From Pseudolabrys sp. (lineage in GTDB: Bacteria > Pseudomonadota > Alphaproteobacteria > Rhizobiales > Xanthobacteraceae): a DNA stretch of 53,104 bases. Of this stretch, positions 10,134 through 19,381 are shown one piece after another; positions within the stretch are counted from its first letter, which is position 1, and each line of letters starts with the position of its first letter. The stretch covers positions 1-53,104 of the forward strand of contig DASYCM010000386.1 in assembly GCA_036500165.1 (NCBI GenBank), given 5' to 3'. The translations under genes and the position numbers were made by a program. The notes under the pieces are model-generated. The model was not told the DNA's origin, did no database searches, and worked only from the letters and a program-made list of their open reading frames with translations.

Positions 10134-11114
10134 ATGAAATCTGTAAAATTGCTATTCGCAGCGGCGATCGCGTGGAGCGCCGGAACGCTGTTGGTGCAGG
10201 CACAGACTTCTACCGACTATCCGACCCGCCCCATCACGGTGGTTATGCCAACCGCGCCAGGCAGCGCCGGTGACGTGTTGGTACGGATCGTCACCAACAA
10301 GATGAGTGCCGATCTCGGCCGCACTTTCGTGGCGGAAAACGTGACGGGCGCAGCGGGCGCCCTCGGCGTAAACCGAGCACAGCGAGCGGCGCCCGACGGC
10401 TATACGTTGCTGGGCACAGGCGATAATCAGCTCATCTATGCGCCGTTGTTCAATCGCAGCGCCAAGTTCGATGCACGCACTGACTTCGAGCCTATCACGC
10501 AAGTCGCAACGCTGGATTGGGCGCTCGTTGCGAATCCTAATTTTCCGGCGAGGACGGTGCAGGACCTCGTCAGGCTGGCGAAAGAAAAGCCCGGGGAGAT
10601 TAACTTCGCGTCGGGCGGCGTTGGCACGGCTCAACAGATCGCCATGGAATTGCTGATGGCGCGCACCGGAATCAAGCTCACACACGTGCCGTATCGCGGA
10701 GTTACGCCGGGCCTCAATGACGTGGTCGCCGGCGTGGTGCCGCTGATGTTCACAGCTGTGTCGGTGGCAACACCATTCCTTCCCAACGGTCACTTGCGCG
10801 TCATTGCCACAACCGGCCGCAAGCGCTCGTCGCTATTGCCTGACGTTCCAACCATGGCGGAAGCGGGTATCGAAGGCTTCGAATTCGATACCTGGGTAGG
10901 CCTGCTCGCACCCAAGGGGACGCCTGCACCCATCATCACGCGCCTGCATAACGCCGCGGCCGCTGCGCTGGCGGATCCAACGGTTCGTGAGCGGCTCGCG
11001 GCAGGCGGATTCATGCCGGTGGCCAGCACGCCCGCGGAGTTCGCAGCAACACTCGCCGGCGACTGGGCGCGTATCGGAGATATCATCCAGACTGCGGGCA
11101 TCACGCCGAACTGA
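10134..11114 (+). CDS. TctC/Bug family TTT substrate-binding protein
   Basis: Signal peptide; YPTRPITVVMPTAPGSAGD, AAPDGYTLL and HVPYRG motifs. The ORF track over-extends the 5' end. Confidence 0.93.
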   Translation: MKSVKLLFAAAIAWSAGTLLVQAQTSTDYPTRPITVVMPTAPGSAGDVLVRIVTNKMSADLGRTFVAENVTGAAGALGVNRAQRAAPDGYTLLGTGDNQLIYAPLFNRSAKFDARTDFEPITQVATLDWALVANPNFPARTVQDLVRLAKEKPGEINFASGGVGTAQQIAMELLMARTGIKLTHVPYRGVTPGLNDVVAGVVPLMFTAVSVATPFLPNGHLRVIATTGRKRSSLLPDVPTMAEAGIEGFEFDTWVGLLAPKGTPAPIITRLHNAAAAALADPTVRERLAAGGFMPVASTPAEFAATLAGDWARIGDIIQTAGITPN

Positions 11115-11126
11115 AGGTGAGCGTGA

Positions 11127-12221
11127 TTAAGCTTGCGGCAGCCCAAAAAGCCGGGCGGCGTTTAGCCCGAGAATAGCAGCCCGATCTCGATCACTCAGCG
11201 TTGTCGTGGCGAAGACGTGGTCCACAGGATGCTGCTCCCACGGCACCGGGGTGTCAGAGCCGAGCATGATCTGGCTCGCGCCGACCTGGGCCACCAGATG
11301 ACGCAAACCCTCCGGGGTAAACACCAGCGCGTCGAAATAGAGCTGGTTCAGGTATTCGGTCGGCTTCTTCTTGAGCTTGATATTCGGATCGCATTTTGTG
11401 GGCGACACGAAACAGGCGTGGTCCGACCGCGGCGCGTAGGATGGCAGATACCCGCCACCATGTGCCGCGATAATCTTGAGCTTGGGAAATTTATCAAGCG
11501 TACCCTGGAAGATGAGATTCTGCAGCGCGATGGTGGTGTCGAGCGGATTGCCGATGGTGTTCGACAGCCAGCCGTTGCTTCCGAAGCGAGAGTTGAGCTG
11601 CGGCGTACTTTGAGGGTGAATGAACAAAATCGCGCCAAGCTCTTCAGCCTTCGCCCAGACCGGATCAAATTTTGGATTCGCGAAATCCGTGCCATTTACG
11701 CTACCGCCGATAGCCGCGCCACGCAGCCCCTGCTTCTTCATCGCAGTCGTCAATTCTTCTACAGCCAGCTCTGGTGCCTGAAGTGTTAGCGAGGCGAAGG
11801 CCGCAAGATGGTCCGGATGAGCCGCGCAAATCTCGGCCAATTTCTCGTTTTGAATTTTGACGATGGCGGCGGCCGTTTCGCGGTCCTTGTGATACCAGAA
11901 TGGATTAATTGACATGACTTCCATGTCGATCGCCATCGCTTCCATCGTTTTAAGCCGCTCGCTAACGTCGAGGAAGCGAGACTTCTCGACGATCAAAGTT
12001 GGCGGGATGACGCCAGCCGCTTCGCTGCCCATCAATACGGTCGCTTCGGGAAACAAGCAGTGGGCGTGAACGTCGATGGTTTTGATACGTTTGCCACCAA
12101 CTTTGACAGGGAGACGTTTGGCAGTCGGCTGTTGCGCGCGGGCAGCATGCGCTATCCCGCAACTGCAAAAGATGATGCCGCCTGCCGCGGCGCCCCTTAA
12201 AAAATTTCTGCGCGTCGTCAT
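11127..12221 (-). CDS. Amidohydrolase_2 family protein with Tat signal
   Basis: MTTRRNFL signal; IDVHAH, LFIHP, AHGGG and LGSD motifs. Confidence 0.88.
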   Translation of the reverse strand: MTTRRNFLRGAAAGGIIFCSCGIAHAARAQQPTAKRLPVKVGGKRIKTIDVHAHCLFPEATVLMGSEAAGVIPPTLIVEKSRFLDVSERLKTMEAMAIDMEVMSINPFWYHKDRETAAAIVKIQNEKLAEICAAHPDHLAAFASLTLQAPELAVEELTTAMKKQGLRGAAIGGSVNGTDFANPKFDPVWAKAEELGAILFIHPQSTPQLNSRFGSNGWLSNTIGNPLDTTIALQNLIFQGTLDKFPKLKIIAAHGGGYLPSYAPRSDHACFVSPTKCDPNIKLKKKPTEYLNQLYFDALVFTPEGLRHLVAQVGASQIMLGSDTPVPWEQHPVDHVFATTTLSDRDRAAILGLNAARLFGLPQA

Positions 12222-12281
12222 TGTCGACTTCCCTCTTTTTATTGTTGAACGCAAACTCCCTGAAACAACTTGCGTGCACTT

Positions 12282-13370
12282 TTAACGCTTGACGCGGTTC
12301 GCCAGCCGAACGGCATTGCCAGTACGCACTGACTCCTCAATCGCCAGCGTGGTCTCGAGGTTGACAAGCGCCTGCTGCGGCGTGGTGTGGACCGACGAGA
12401 CGCCGGTCGAAAGATAATCCAGCCAAGCACGTGTTTCGTTACCAAGCGGCCCCCAGAAATTACCGACAGCCCAGTCACCCGCCGTATTGCTACCGAGAAA
12501 TGCCATGTTGACACCGTGATCGGGCACGTAGGCGTGCGGGATACCACGGTCCGAATAAAGGATGTGATCCATGTGATCGTCGTCGATGATCATCGTGCCT
12601 TCAGAACCGAGCAACTCAACGCGGTCCATCTGGCCCAGCGTGGGATATTTCGCCGGCAGCGCATAGCTCACGCCGAGATTGACCACGGCCCCGTCGGCGA
12701 AGGTAACGATCGCCCATGTGACGTCGTCGGCGCTGTAACCCGCCTCCTTGAAGATGCCGGACTGCGCGCGCGCTACGACCTCGACCGGCGGATTCCCTTC
12801 AAGGAACCAGCACATCAGGTCGACATAATAAGTCAGCACGTCAACCACGGGCGTCGCATGCGGATCGCGCTTGAGGATCGAGAAGGCCTGCGCCCGCGAA
12901 TTATAGACACGCGCGGTACCGCCGATGACGCGGCCGAGCCGTTCGTGCTTCATTTGCTCCTTGGCACGCAGAAAGCAGTCCTTGAAGCGACGGCTGTAGC
13001 CTACCCGCAACGTGCCATTGGTTTCCTTCAAGGTCTGGAGGATCACCTGCGCGTCGTCATGCGACAGTGCAATCGGCTTCTCGACCAGCACCGGTTTGCC
13101 GAGCTTCAGCGCAGCAACGATCGGCTTCACGTGTTCGTTCTCGGGCGTCGACACGAAGACCGCGTTGACGTCCGGGTGCGAGATGACCGCATCGTTGTCG
13201 CCGGAATGAAAGTCGGCCTTGGTTGTTTCGGCAAGTGCCTTGGCGCGGGCGGGATCGGCGTCCGATATGGCAAGGAAATTGACCGCTGGATGCAGAGCCG
13301 AAAGGCGCGCGCGCAGCGTGCCGATACGGCCCGAACCAATAACGCCAATACCGAGCCGCTTATGATCCAT
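12282..13370 (-). CDS. Gfo/Idh/MocA oxidoreductase
   Basis: GVIGSGRIG Rossmann motif, VSTPENEH, VLVEKP and VGYSRRF. Confidence 0.92.
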   Translation of the reverse strand: MDHKRLGIGVIGSGRIGTLRARLSALHPAVNFLAISDADPARAKALAETTKADFHSGDNDAVISHPDVNAVFVSTPENEHVKPIVAALKLGKPVLVEKPIALSHDDAQVILQTLKETNGTLRVGYSRRFKDCFLRAKEQMKHERLGRVIGGTARVYNSRAQAFSILKRDPHATPVVDVLTYYVDLMCWFLEGNPPVEVVARAQSGIFKEAGYSADDVTWAIVTFADGAVVNLGVSYALPAKYPTLGQMDRVELLGSEGTMIIDDDHMDHILYSDRGIPHAYVPDHGVNMAFLGSNTAGDWAVGNFWGPLGNETRAWLDYLSTGVSSVHTTPQQALVNLETTLAIEESVRTGNAVRLANRVKR

Positions 13371-13806
13371 GACGCTTTCCCAGCAATTTGTCCGCCGGAT
13401 TGGCGGCATTTTCCTCTAGCTCAAGCAGCGCACCAAAGAAATCCGCGGGGCGGACAAAGGCGATCTGCTGGCCGTGAACGTTGTAAGCAGGTTTTCCATC
13501 GCTCAGCACGCGCAGACCCTTTTTCTTAAGCGCGTCTGTTTCGGCCACGACTTCGTCAACACCGAAACAGAGGTGATGCATCCCACCACCGGGGTGCTTG
13601 GCCAAGAACCGCCCGACCGGCGATTCCGCGGTCAAAGGCTGCATCAGCTCGATCTTGCTGTTGCCGAGGTCAATGTACGCCAGCCGGACGCCCTGCTGAA
13701 GATTCTCCTTGATTGGCCCGCTGGCGAGCCCGTGAACCTCTTGCATCGTTTTGATTGCGGCATGCAGATCAGGCACGACAATGGAAACGTGACTGAGGTT
13801 CTTCAC
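13360..13806 (-). CDS. mce: Methylmalonyl-CoA epimerase-like VOC protein
   Basis: HVSIVVPDL, KIELMQPL, SPVGRFL, GGMHHLCFGV and G.LLELEE motifs typical of MCE. Confidence 0.75.
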   Translation of the reverse strand: MKNLSHVSIVVPDLHAAIKTMQEVHGLASGPIKENLQQGVRLAYIDLGNSKIELMQPLTAESPVGRFLAKHPGGGMHHLCFGVDEVVAETDALKKKGLRVLSDGKPAYNVHGQQIAFVRPADFFGALLELEENAANPADKLLGKRHGS

Positions 13807-13809
13807 GGT

Positions 13810-15015
13810 TCAAATAACCTGTTGCGCGCGCAGGACTGCAATGCGAGCCGCATCGTAGCCGAGCATATCACGCAAGATTTCATCCGAATGCTGCCCTAGC
13901 GTCGGCGGTGCGGTGCGCACAGACGCCGGCGTTCCGGAAAACTTCATCGGAATACCAAGCATCTTCATCGCGCCAGCAGTCGGATGGGTCACGGTCTCGA
14001 CCATCGCGCGAGCCTGCGTCTGTGGATCGGCCAGCGCCTGCGCCACGGTATTGATCAGGCCGCAGGGAATGCCGCCTGCCTTCAGCTTTTCGATCCAGGA
14101 CGCCGCGGGCTGGCCGACGAGCGCATCATCGATCAATTCATCAAGCGCACTGCGATTTTGGACACGCGCACTATTTGCCGCGAAGCGCGCATCGTCGGCC
14201 CATTCCGGATGCCCGAGCGCCTCGCAGAACTTCCGAAACTGGCCGTCATTGCCGACCGCGACCGCAAACATCTGATCAGCGGCGCGATAGGTGGTGTAAG
14301 GCACAATGCTCGGGTGACCGTTGCCATAGCGGCCGGCGTCGTTTCCCGAAATGAGGTGACTGGACGCGACGTTGGCTAGCATCGCGAGTGAGGTCTCGTA
14401 GAGCGACACTTCGACCTTCTGGCCCTTGCCCGTGGTGTGCCGTGCATTCAGTGCCGCCAGCACGGCATTGCACGCTAGCATGCCGGTGCAGACATCGACG
14501 ATGGCGACGCCATACTTCGTCGGACCGCCATCGGCCTCGCCGCAGATGCTCATCAAGCCGGATTCAGCCTGGAGGATAAAGTCGTAACCGGGTAGCGCGG
14601 CCTTGGGGCCACTGGTGCCGTAGCCAGTAATCCCGCAGCGGATGATGCGCGGCGCGTTCGCTTCGAACCACGCGTCATCGAAGCCCCATTTTGCCAGAGT
14701 GCCGATCTTGAAGTTGTCGATGACAATGTCAGCGGTCTTCAGCAGATCGGCAAGGACGCCGCGTCCCTCCTCGCCGGCCATATTGAGCGTCAGGGACCGC
14801 TTATTGCGATTCACGCCGAGAAAGTAGGCCGATTCGCCGGCCACGAACGGCGGCCCCCAACGGCGGGTGTCGTCCCCAGCGACTGGCGGCTCAATCTTGA
14901 TGACGTCCGCACCCATATCGCCGAGCATCATAGTACACAGCGGCCCGGCCAGCACCCGCGTCAAATCGATGACGCGAACGCCGCTCAGTGCACCGGCGGG
15001 TGCGGCGGAGGTCAT
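13810..15015 (-). CDS. Family III CoA-transferase (CaiB/BaiF)
   Basis: DLTRVLAGP, LGDMGADVIKIE, NRNKRS and GYDFILQAESG motifs; TGATG overlap with the upstream gene. Confidence 0.95.
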   Translation of the reverse strand: MTSAAPAGALSGVRVIDLTRVLAGPLCTMMLGDMGADVIKIEPPVAGDDTRRWGPPFVAGESAYFLGVNRNKRSLTLNMAGEEGRGVLADLLKTADIVIDNFKIGTLAKWGFDDAWFEANAPRIIRCGITGYGTSGPKAALPGYDFILQAESGLMSICGEADGGPTKYGVAIVDVCTGMLACNAVLAALNARHTTGKGQKVEVSLYETSLAMLANVASSHLISGNDAGRYGNGHPSIVPYTTYRAADQMFAVAVGNDGQFRKFCEALGHPEWADDARFAANSARVQNRSALDELIDDALVGQPAASWIEKLKAGGIPCGLINTVAQALADPQTQARAMVETVTHPTAGAMKMLGIPMKFSGTPASVRTAPPTLGQHSDEILRDMLGYDAARIAVLRAQQVI

Positions 15016-15920
15016 CAAGCGCCTCGCATGTGAGGTGGCGCATTGAGGTCCTTGGCGCAGCCATCGAGATACTCGTCGAGTTCCTTCTTATTGCGCATGC
15101 GGAACTTCTGGAAGTCTGGTTTACGGTTCTCAAGGAACGCGTTCATGCCCTCAAGGCTCTCCTCCGTACCCCAGACGTGAGCCAGGAGCTCCATACCATG
15201 CTGCCAAGACGCGTAGAGCTGATCCGACTCGTGGTTCAGGCTCTTCTTGGTCATGCGCAACGTCTGCGCGCTATTACTCTTGATATTCTCGCACCAGGCC
15301 AGCGTTTCCTTGAGCAAATCCGCCTTCGGCACGCACTTGTTGATGAGACCGATCTTCTCGGCCTCCGGGCCCGTGAACCGGCGAGCCAGGAAGATCATCT
15401 CGCGCGCGAGACGCTCGCCGATAATGCGCGGCAGATATTGTGTGGCGCCGACCGTCGGACAGGCGCCGACCTTGGCACCGCTCTGGCCCAACATCGCGTC
15501 GTCCGCGGCGATAACGAGATCGCACCACAGCGCCAATTCGTGACCGCCGCCCATGCACCAGCCATGCACCATGGCGATGACCGGAATCGGGATGCCCCGG
15601 ATTGCCATCGCCGTACCGAGCATGCGGTCGTTCCACATCGCGGCATTGGTCCAGTTCAGCCGCTTCATGGCGTAGAAGTCGCCACCGGCCGAAAAAGCCT
15701 TATCGCCGACACCGGTGACCACGGCACAGGCAATGGAGGGATCTTCGCGCGTCGACTTGAACGCATGGATCAGTTCATCGAGCGTCTGCTCACGGAAGGC
15801 GTTCATGACGCGCGGGCGGTTGATGGAGACCCAGGCAACCTGGTCTTTCACCTCATACAGAATGTCCTTGTAGCCGCGCTTCTTGCTCTCTTCTTTCGCG
15901 GCTTCGGAGATCTCGCTCAT
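15015..15920 (-). CDS. Crotonase-superfamily enzyme, MenB/BadI/Oah-like (probable beta-oxoacyl-CoA hydrolase)
   Basis: INRPRVMNAF, AFSAGGD, GGGHEL, GQSGAKVG and EGMNAFLENRKPDF motifs. Confidence 0.8.
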   Translation of the reverse strand: MSEISEAAKEESKKRGYKDILYEVKDQVAWVSINRPRVMNAFREQTLDELIHAFKSTREDPSIACAVVTGVGDKAFSAGGDFYAMKRLNWTNAAMWNDRMLGTAMAIRGIPIPVIAMVHGWCMGGGHELALWCDLVIAADDAMLGQSGAKVGACPTVGATQYLPRIIGERLAREMIFLARRFTGPEAEKIGLINKCVPKADLLKETLAWCENIKSNSAQTLRMTKKSLNHESDQLYASWQHGMELLAHVWGTEESLEGMNAFLENRKPDFQKFRMRNKKELDEYLDGCAKDLNAPPHMRGA

Positions 15921-15958
15921 AGCGTGGTCCTTTCATTGAAATAGTGTTCGCGCATGAG

Positions 15959-16936
15959 CTACGGGATAAGTTCGAGCTTCATGTCCTTGGCCAGCCGGCG
16001 ATGCAGTTCGAGCTGGTCATTGACGAACTTCGAGAAAACCGCGGGACTGTTTGCCGTTGCCTCAATGCCTTGCAAATTGAGGGCGTTGGTCACCTGGGGA
16101 TCCTTTATTGCTTCCGCGACCACAGCACTCAACTTATTGATGATCGCAGGATTGGTACCCGCCGGCGCAAACAGGCCGAACCAGCCAACCGATTTGTATT
16201 GCGGGAAGCCGACTTCAGCCATGGTCGGCACGTCCGGCAGAAACTTCGAACGCGCATCTCCGCTGATGGCAAGTGGCTTCACCGACCCCGACTGGATGTA
16301 GGGCACCATCCCAGCGATGGGGCCGAAGTAGAACTGCGCTTCGCCGGCCATCATTGCGGTCAGCGCCGGACTGCCGCCTTTGTACGGCACGTGAACGGTG
16401 ACGCTGCCGAGGTCAGTCTGGGCCACAAACATCGCGACGGCGAAATGGCTGGTCGAGCCGATGCCGCCCGAAGCGTAGTTCAGCGTACCAGGCTTGCTCT
16501 TGGCAAGATCGATCAATCCCTTGACCGAATTGACAGGCACCTTGGTGCCGACGATCAGGACGTTCGGAATGGCCGAAAACAACGAGATCGGTGCGAAGTC
16601 CTTGATTGGATCGTAACTAAGCTTGACCGACATCACTGGTGCGAATGAATGCGTCGATACCGATCCCGCAAGCAACGTGTAACCGTCTGGCGGGGCATGG
16701 GCGACGAGATCAGCGCCGATCTTGCCTCCGGCACCGCCTCGATTCTCGATAACGAAAGGCTGACCTAGCAACGTCGCCATCCGCGCGGTGATGATACGCA
16801 CCACGGTGTCGTTCGCGCCGCCAACGGGATTGGGCGATACCAGCTTGATCGGGCGATTGGGATAATTCTGTGCCACGGCGGGAAGGCTCGTTGCGGCCAG
16901 CAGAAGCAACGGGATGATCTGACGTATTCTAATCAC
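15959..16936 (-). CDS. TctC/Bug family TTT substrate-binding protein
   Basis: Signal peptide; YPNRPIKLVSPNPVGGAND, PPDGYTLL and HVPYKG motifs. Confidence 0.93.
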   Translation of the reverse strand: MIRIRQIIPLLLLAATSLPAVAQNYPNRPIKLVSPNPVGGANDTVVRIITARMATLLGQPFVIENRGGAGGKIGADLVAHAPPDGYTLLAGSVSTHSFAPVMSVKLSYDPIKDFAPISLFSAIPNVLIVGTKVPVNSVKGLIDLAKSKPGTLNYASGGIGSTSHFAVAMFVAQTDLGSVTVHVPYKGGSPALTAMMAGEAQFYFGPIAGMVPYIQSGSVKPLAISGDARSKFLPDVPTMAEVGFPQYKSVGWFGLFAPAGTNPAIINKLSAVVAEAIKDPQVTNALNLQGIEATANSPAVFSKFVNDQLELHRRLAKDMKLELIP

Positions 16937-17073
16937 AATGACTCCCCGATCACGCGCACGACGCTGCAGCGTTCCTCTCGCGTACGCTAGCGATTTACTC
17001 GCAAGTGAGAAGAAACGGTCGGAGTATAAATGTTATAAGAGAATTACATGCTGCAGCGCAGCACGCGGAAGCC

Positions 17074-18000
17074 TTATTCGGCGGCCCGGATCATCGGCTT
17101 TACCGCCATGTCCGGCGTCAGCACTAAGTTTTTGATCTGCGCTTGCACAACCTTGCGGACGAGCTCAAGGGCGACGGTCGTCGGCCGGCGCGGGTTAGTG
17201 CCAAGCACGATCTCGCGTGTCACCACCGGATCCACAATGCGGACAACGTCGACGAGGCCGGCGCAAGCTTCGTCGTCGACGACGACATAGGGCAGAATCG
17301 AAAACTGCCCGCCCCTCATGATCATGCCTTTCGTCAGCGTGATGCTGTCGAGTTCCATGACGTAGTTGAGCGCGATGTCGTATGGCCGGGTGCGTTGGTC
17401 GAGGATCGGCCGGAAACCGCGACTGACGATCAGCGGCAGATTGCCAACGCTAGTGAGTGAAATCTCCTTCATGCCGGGCATCGAATTTACCGCGCCGACC
17501 AAGACCATCTCGTCTTCAGCAAGTGGCGTTACCTGCAAGTCGTCGAACTCGGAATTGCGTGATAACACCGCGAGATCGATCTTGCCGAGCCGCAAGGACT
17601 GTTCGAGGAACACGCTGAATCCCTCAATGACGTGCAGTGAAATATTGGGATAGGCCTTCTTGCAGGCCTCGATAGTTAAAGGCGCAAGCGCAGGCGCTAT
17701 GGTCGGCGGCATGCCGATGGCGACCGCCCCACCCGGCGTCTGGCCCATGCCTTCGAGTGCATTACGGATGCGCTGCGCATTCTCAAGCAACGCCCCGCCT
17801 TGGCTCAGCAGGATCTCACCGGCCTCGGTTGGCATTACACCACGCGTAGTGCGATACAGCAAACGCACATGCAATTCTTGCTCGAGTGCCTGGATGTGAC
17901 GGCTGATCGCCGGCTGCGTGAGCTTGAGCACCTGCGCCGCTTTACTGAAGCTGCCGAGCTTGGCGACACAGACGAAATACTCGACGCGTTTGAGATCCAC
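17074..18000 (-). CDS. LysR-type regulator (Nac-like)
   Basis: GTG 18000 with GAGGTG RBS; MDLKRVEYF...GSFSKAAQVLKLTQPAISRHIQALEQEL HTH. Confidence 0.93.
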   Translation of the reverse strand: MDLKRVEYFVCVAKLGSFSKAAQVLKLTQPAISRHIQALEQELHVRLLYRTTRGVMPTEAGEILLSQGGALLENAQRIRNALEGMGQTPGGAVAIGMPPTIAPALAPLTIEACKKAYPNISLHVIEGFSVFLEQSLRLGKIDLAVLSRNSEFDDLQVTPLAEDEMVLVGAVNSMPGMKEISLTSVGNLPLIVSRGFRPILDQRTRPYDIALNYVMELDSITLTKGMIMRGGQFSILPYVVVDDEACAGLVDVVRIVDPVVTREIVLGTNPRRPTTVALELVRKVVQAQIKNLVLTPDMAVKPMIRAAE

Positions 18001-18180
18001 GAAGACACCTCGCCGGACGATGTAAACTTCCGGATTTTCTAACATATCCAGGCTGTTAGGGCGAGCCTGCGCGGGCCGTCGCGCAACCCGAAACCGCATT
18101 AAAATCGACTATGTTTCGCAAGGCCAAAATGTAGATATGGCCGGCTTGGAATGACGAACAAAAGCCACGAGACAGCCGTT

Positions 18181-18195
18181 ATAGCGCTCTCCAAT
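18181..18195. promoter_or_regulatory. Possible LysR recognition site ATAG-N7-CAAT
   Basis: T-N11-A imperfect palindrome in the divergent LysR/ApbA intergenic region. Confidence 0.3.
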
Positions 18196-18326
18196 CGGCA
18201 CATCGCACTTATGTGCAGATCGTTCAGGCGCCCGGTAGCATTGTTCTTGCCGCCCGCTTCCGTGGCTCTTATCAATTTATCGCGCACGTAAAAAACCGTT
18301 CCCAATAAAATTGCAGCAGGAAACGC

Positions 18327-19358
18327 ATGTCGCAAAAAATCGCGGTCCTCGGCACCGGCGCTAATGGCAGTTGTATCGCCGCTAGCCTTGTCGATGCCGG
18401 TCACGATGTCGCTCTTATCGATCAATGGCCCGAACACGTCGCGGCCATGCGTGCCGACGGCATCAAGATTACGATGCCGGAGAGCGTGCTGCACGTTCCG
18501 GTGCGTGCCTACAACCTCTGCGACATCTGCACGCTACACGAGACCTTCGATATCGTACTGCTGGCGATGAAGGCTTACGACACGCGCTGGGCCTGCGAAC
18601 TCATCAAGCCGCGGCTTGCCTCCGACGGCATGCTGATCGGCATGCAGAACTCGATGACGGCTAACACCATCCGCGATGTCGTCGGCCCGGAACGCACCAT
18701 TGCCTGCGTGATCGAGCTGTCATCGGAAATGTTCACGCCGGGTCAGGTCAAACGTAACACGCCACCACAGCGGACCTGGATGGGTCTCGGCAGTCTCGAC
18801 CCGGTGACAGAACCCCGGCTTGCCGAGATGCAGAAACTGCTCAGCCCCGTCGGCAAGGTCGAGATCAAGAAAGACATTCTCGCCGCCAAGTGGTCGAAGC
18901 TGATCGTCAATGCCATGTGTCTTGGCCCCTTTGCCATGGTCGGGCTAACGCTGGCGGACGCCGTCAAGCTGCCGGGTATGCGCGAACTGATCATCGAGCT
19001 CGGCGAAGAAGCTGCGCGCGCCGGCAACGATCTCGGTTACCCGCTGGAGCCTATTCTCGGATTGACCCATGCCGATCTGACCTCGACCAACCGGCCGATC
19101 GAAAAAATGTTCGACACACTGGCCAGCCACATCGGTCCAGGCCGCGGCCGCAACACCGTGTTGCAGGATTTGCTGAAGGGCCGGGCCAGCGAGGTATCGA
19201 TGATCAACGGCATGGTGGTCGAAGAAAGCGAACGGCGCGGCTATACGGCACCCGCCAATGCACGCGTCGTCGAAGTCACGCGCCAGATCGAAGCAGGTCT
19301 TCTCAAGCCGACACCCGCGAATCTTGAACTGGCCCTGGGCGCGCCGGCCCGCGGCTGA
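18327..19358 (+). CDS. Ketopantoate reductase (ApbA/PanE) family oxidoreductase
   Basis: VLGTGANG, MKAYD, MQN, KWSKLIVNA and LQDLLKGRASEV..ING motifs. Confidence 0.88.
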   Translation: MSQKIAVLGTGANGSCIAASLVDAGHDVALIDQWPEHVAAMRADGIKITMPESVLHVPVRAYNLCDICTLHETFDIVLLAMKAYDTRWACELIKPRLASDGMLIGMQNSMTANTIRDVVGPERTIACVIELSSEMFTPGQVKRNTPPQRTWMGLGSLDPVTEPRLAEMQKLLSPVGKVEIKKDILAAKWSKLIVNAMCLGPFAMVGLTLADAVKLPGMRELIIELGEEAARAGNDLGYPLEPILGLTHADLTSTNRPIEKMFDTLASHIGPGRGRNTVLQDLLKGRASEVSMINGMVVEESERRGYTAPANARVVEVTRQIEAGLLKPTPANLELALGAPARG

Positions 19359-19381
19359 ATTCCGTCAGAAGAGCAATATCA

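Noticed and set aside
15015-15920. menB (menaquinone biosynthesis)
   Set aside because: It lacks the MenB GSFD motif and no other men genes are present; the context is catabolic.
18327-19358. panE
   Set aside because: Family membership only; the context (TctC, divergent LysR) suggests a catabolic 2-oxoacid reductase.
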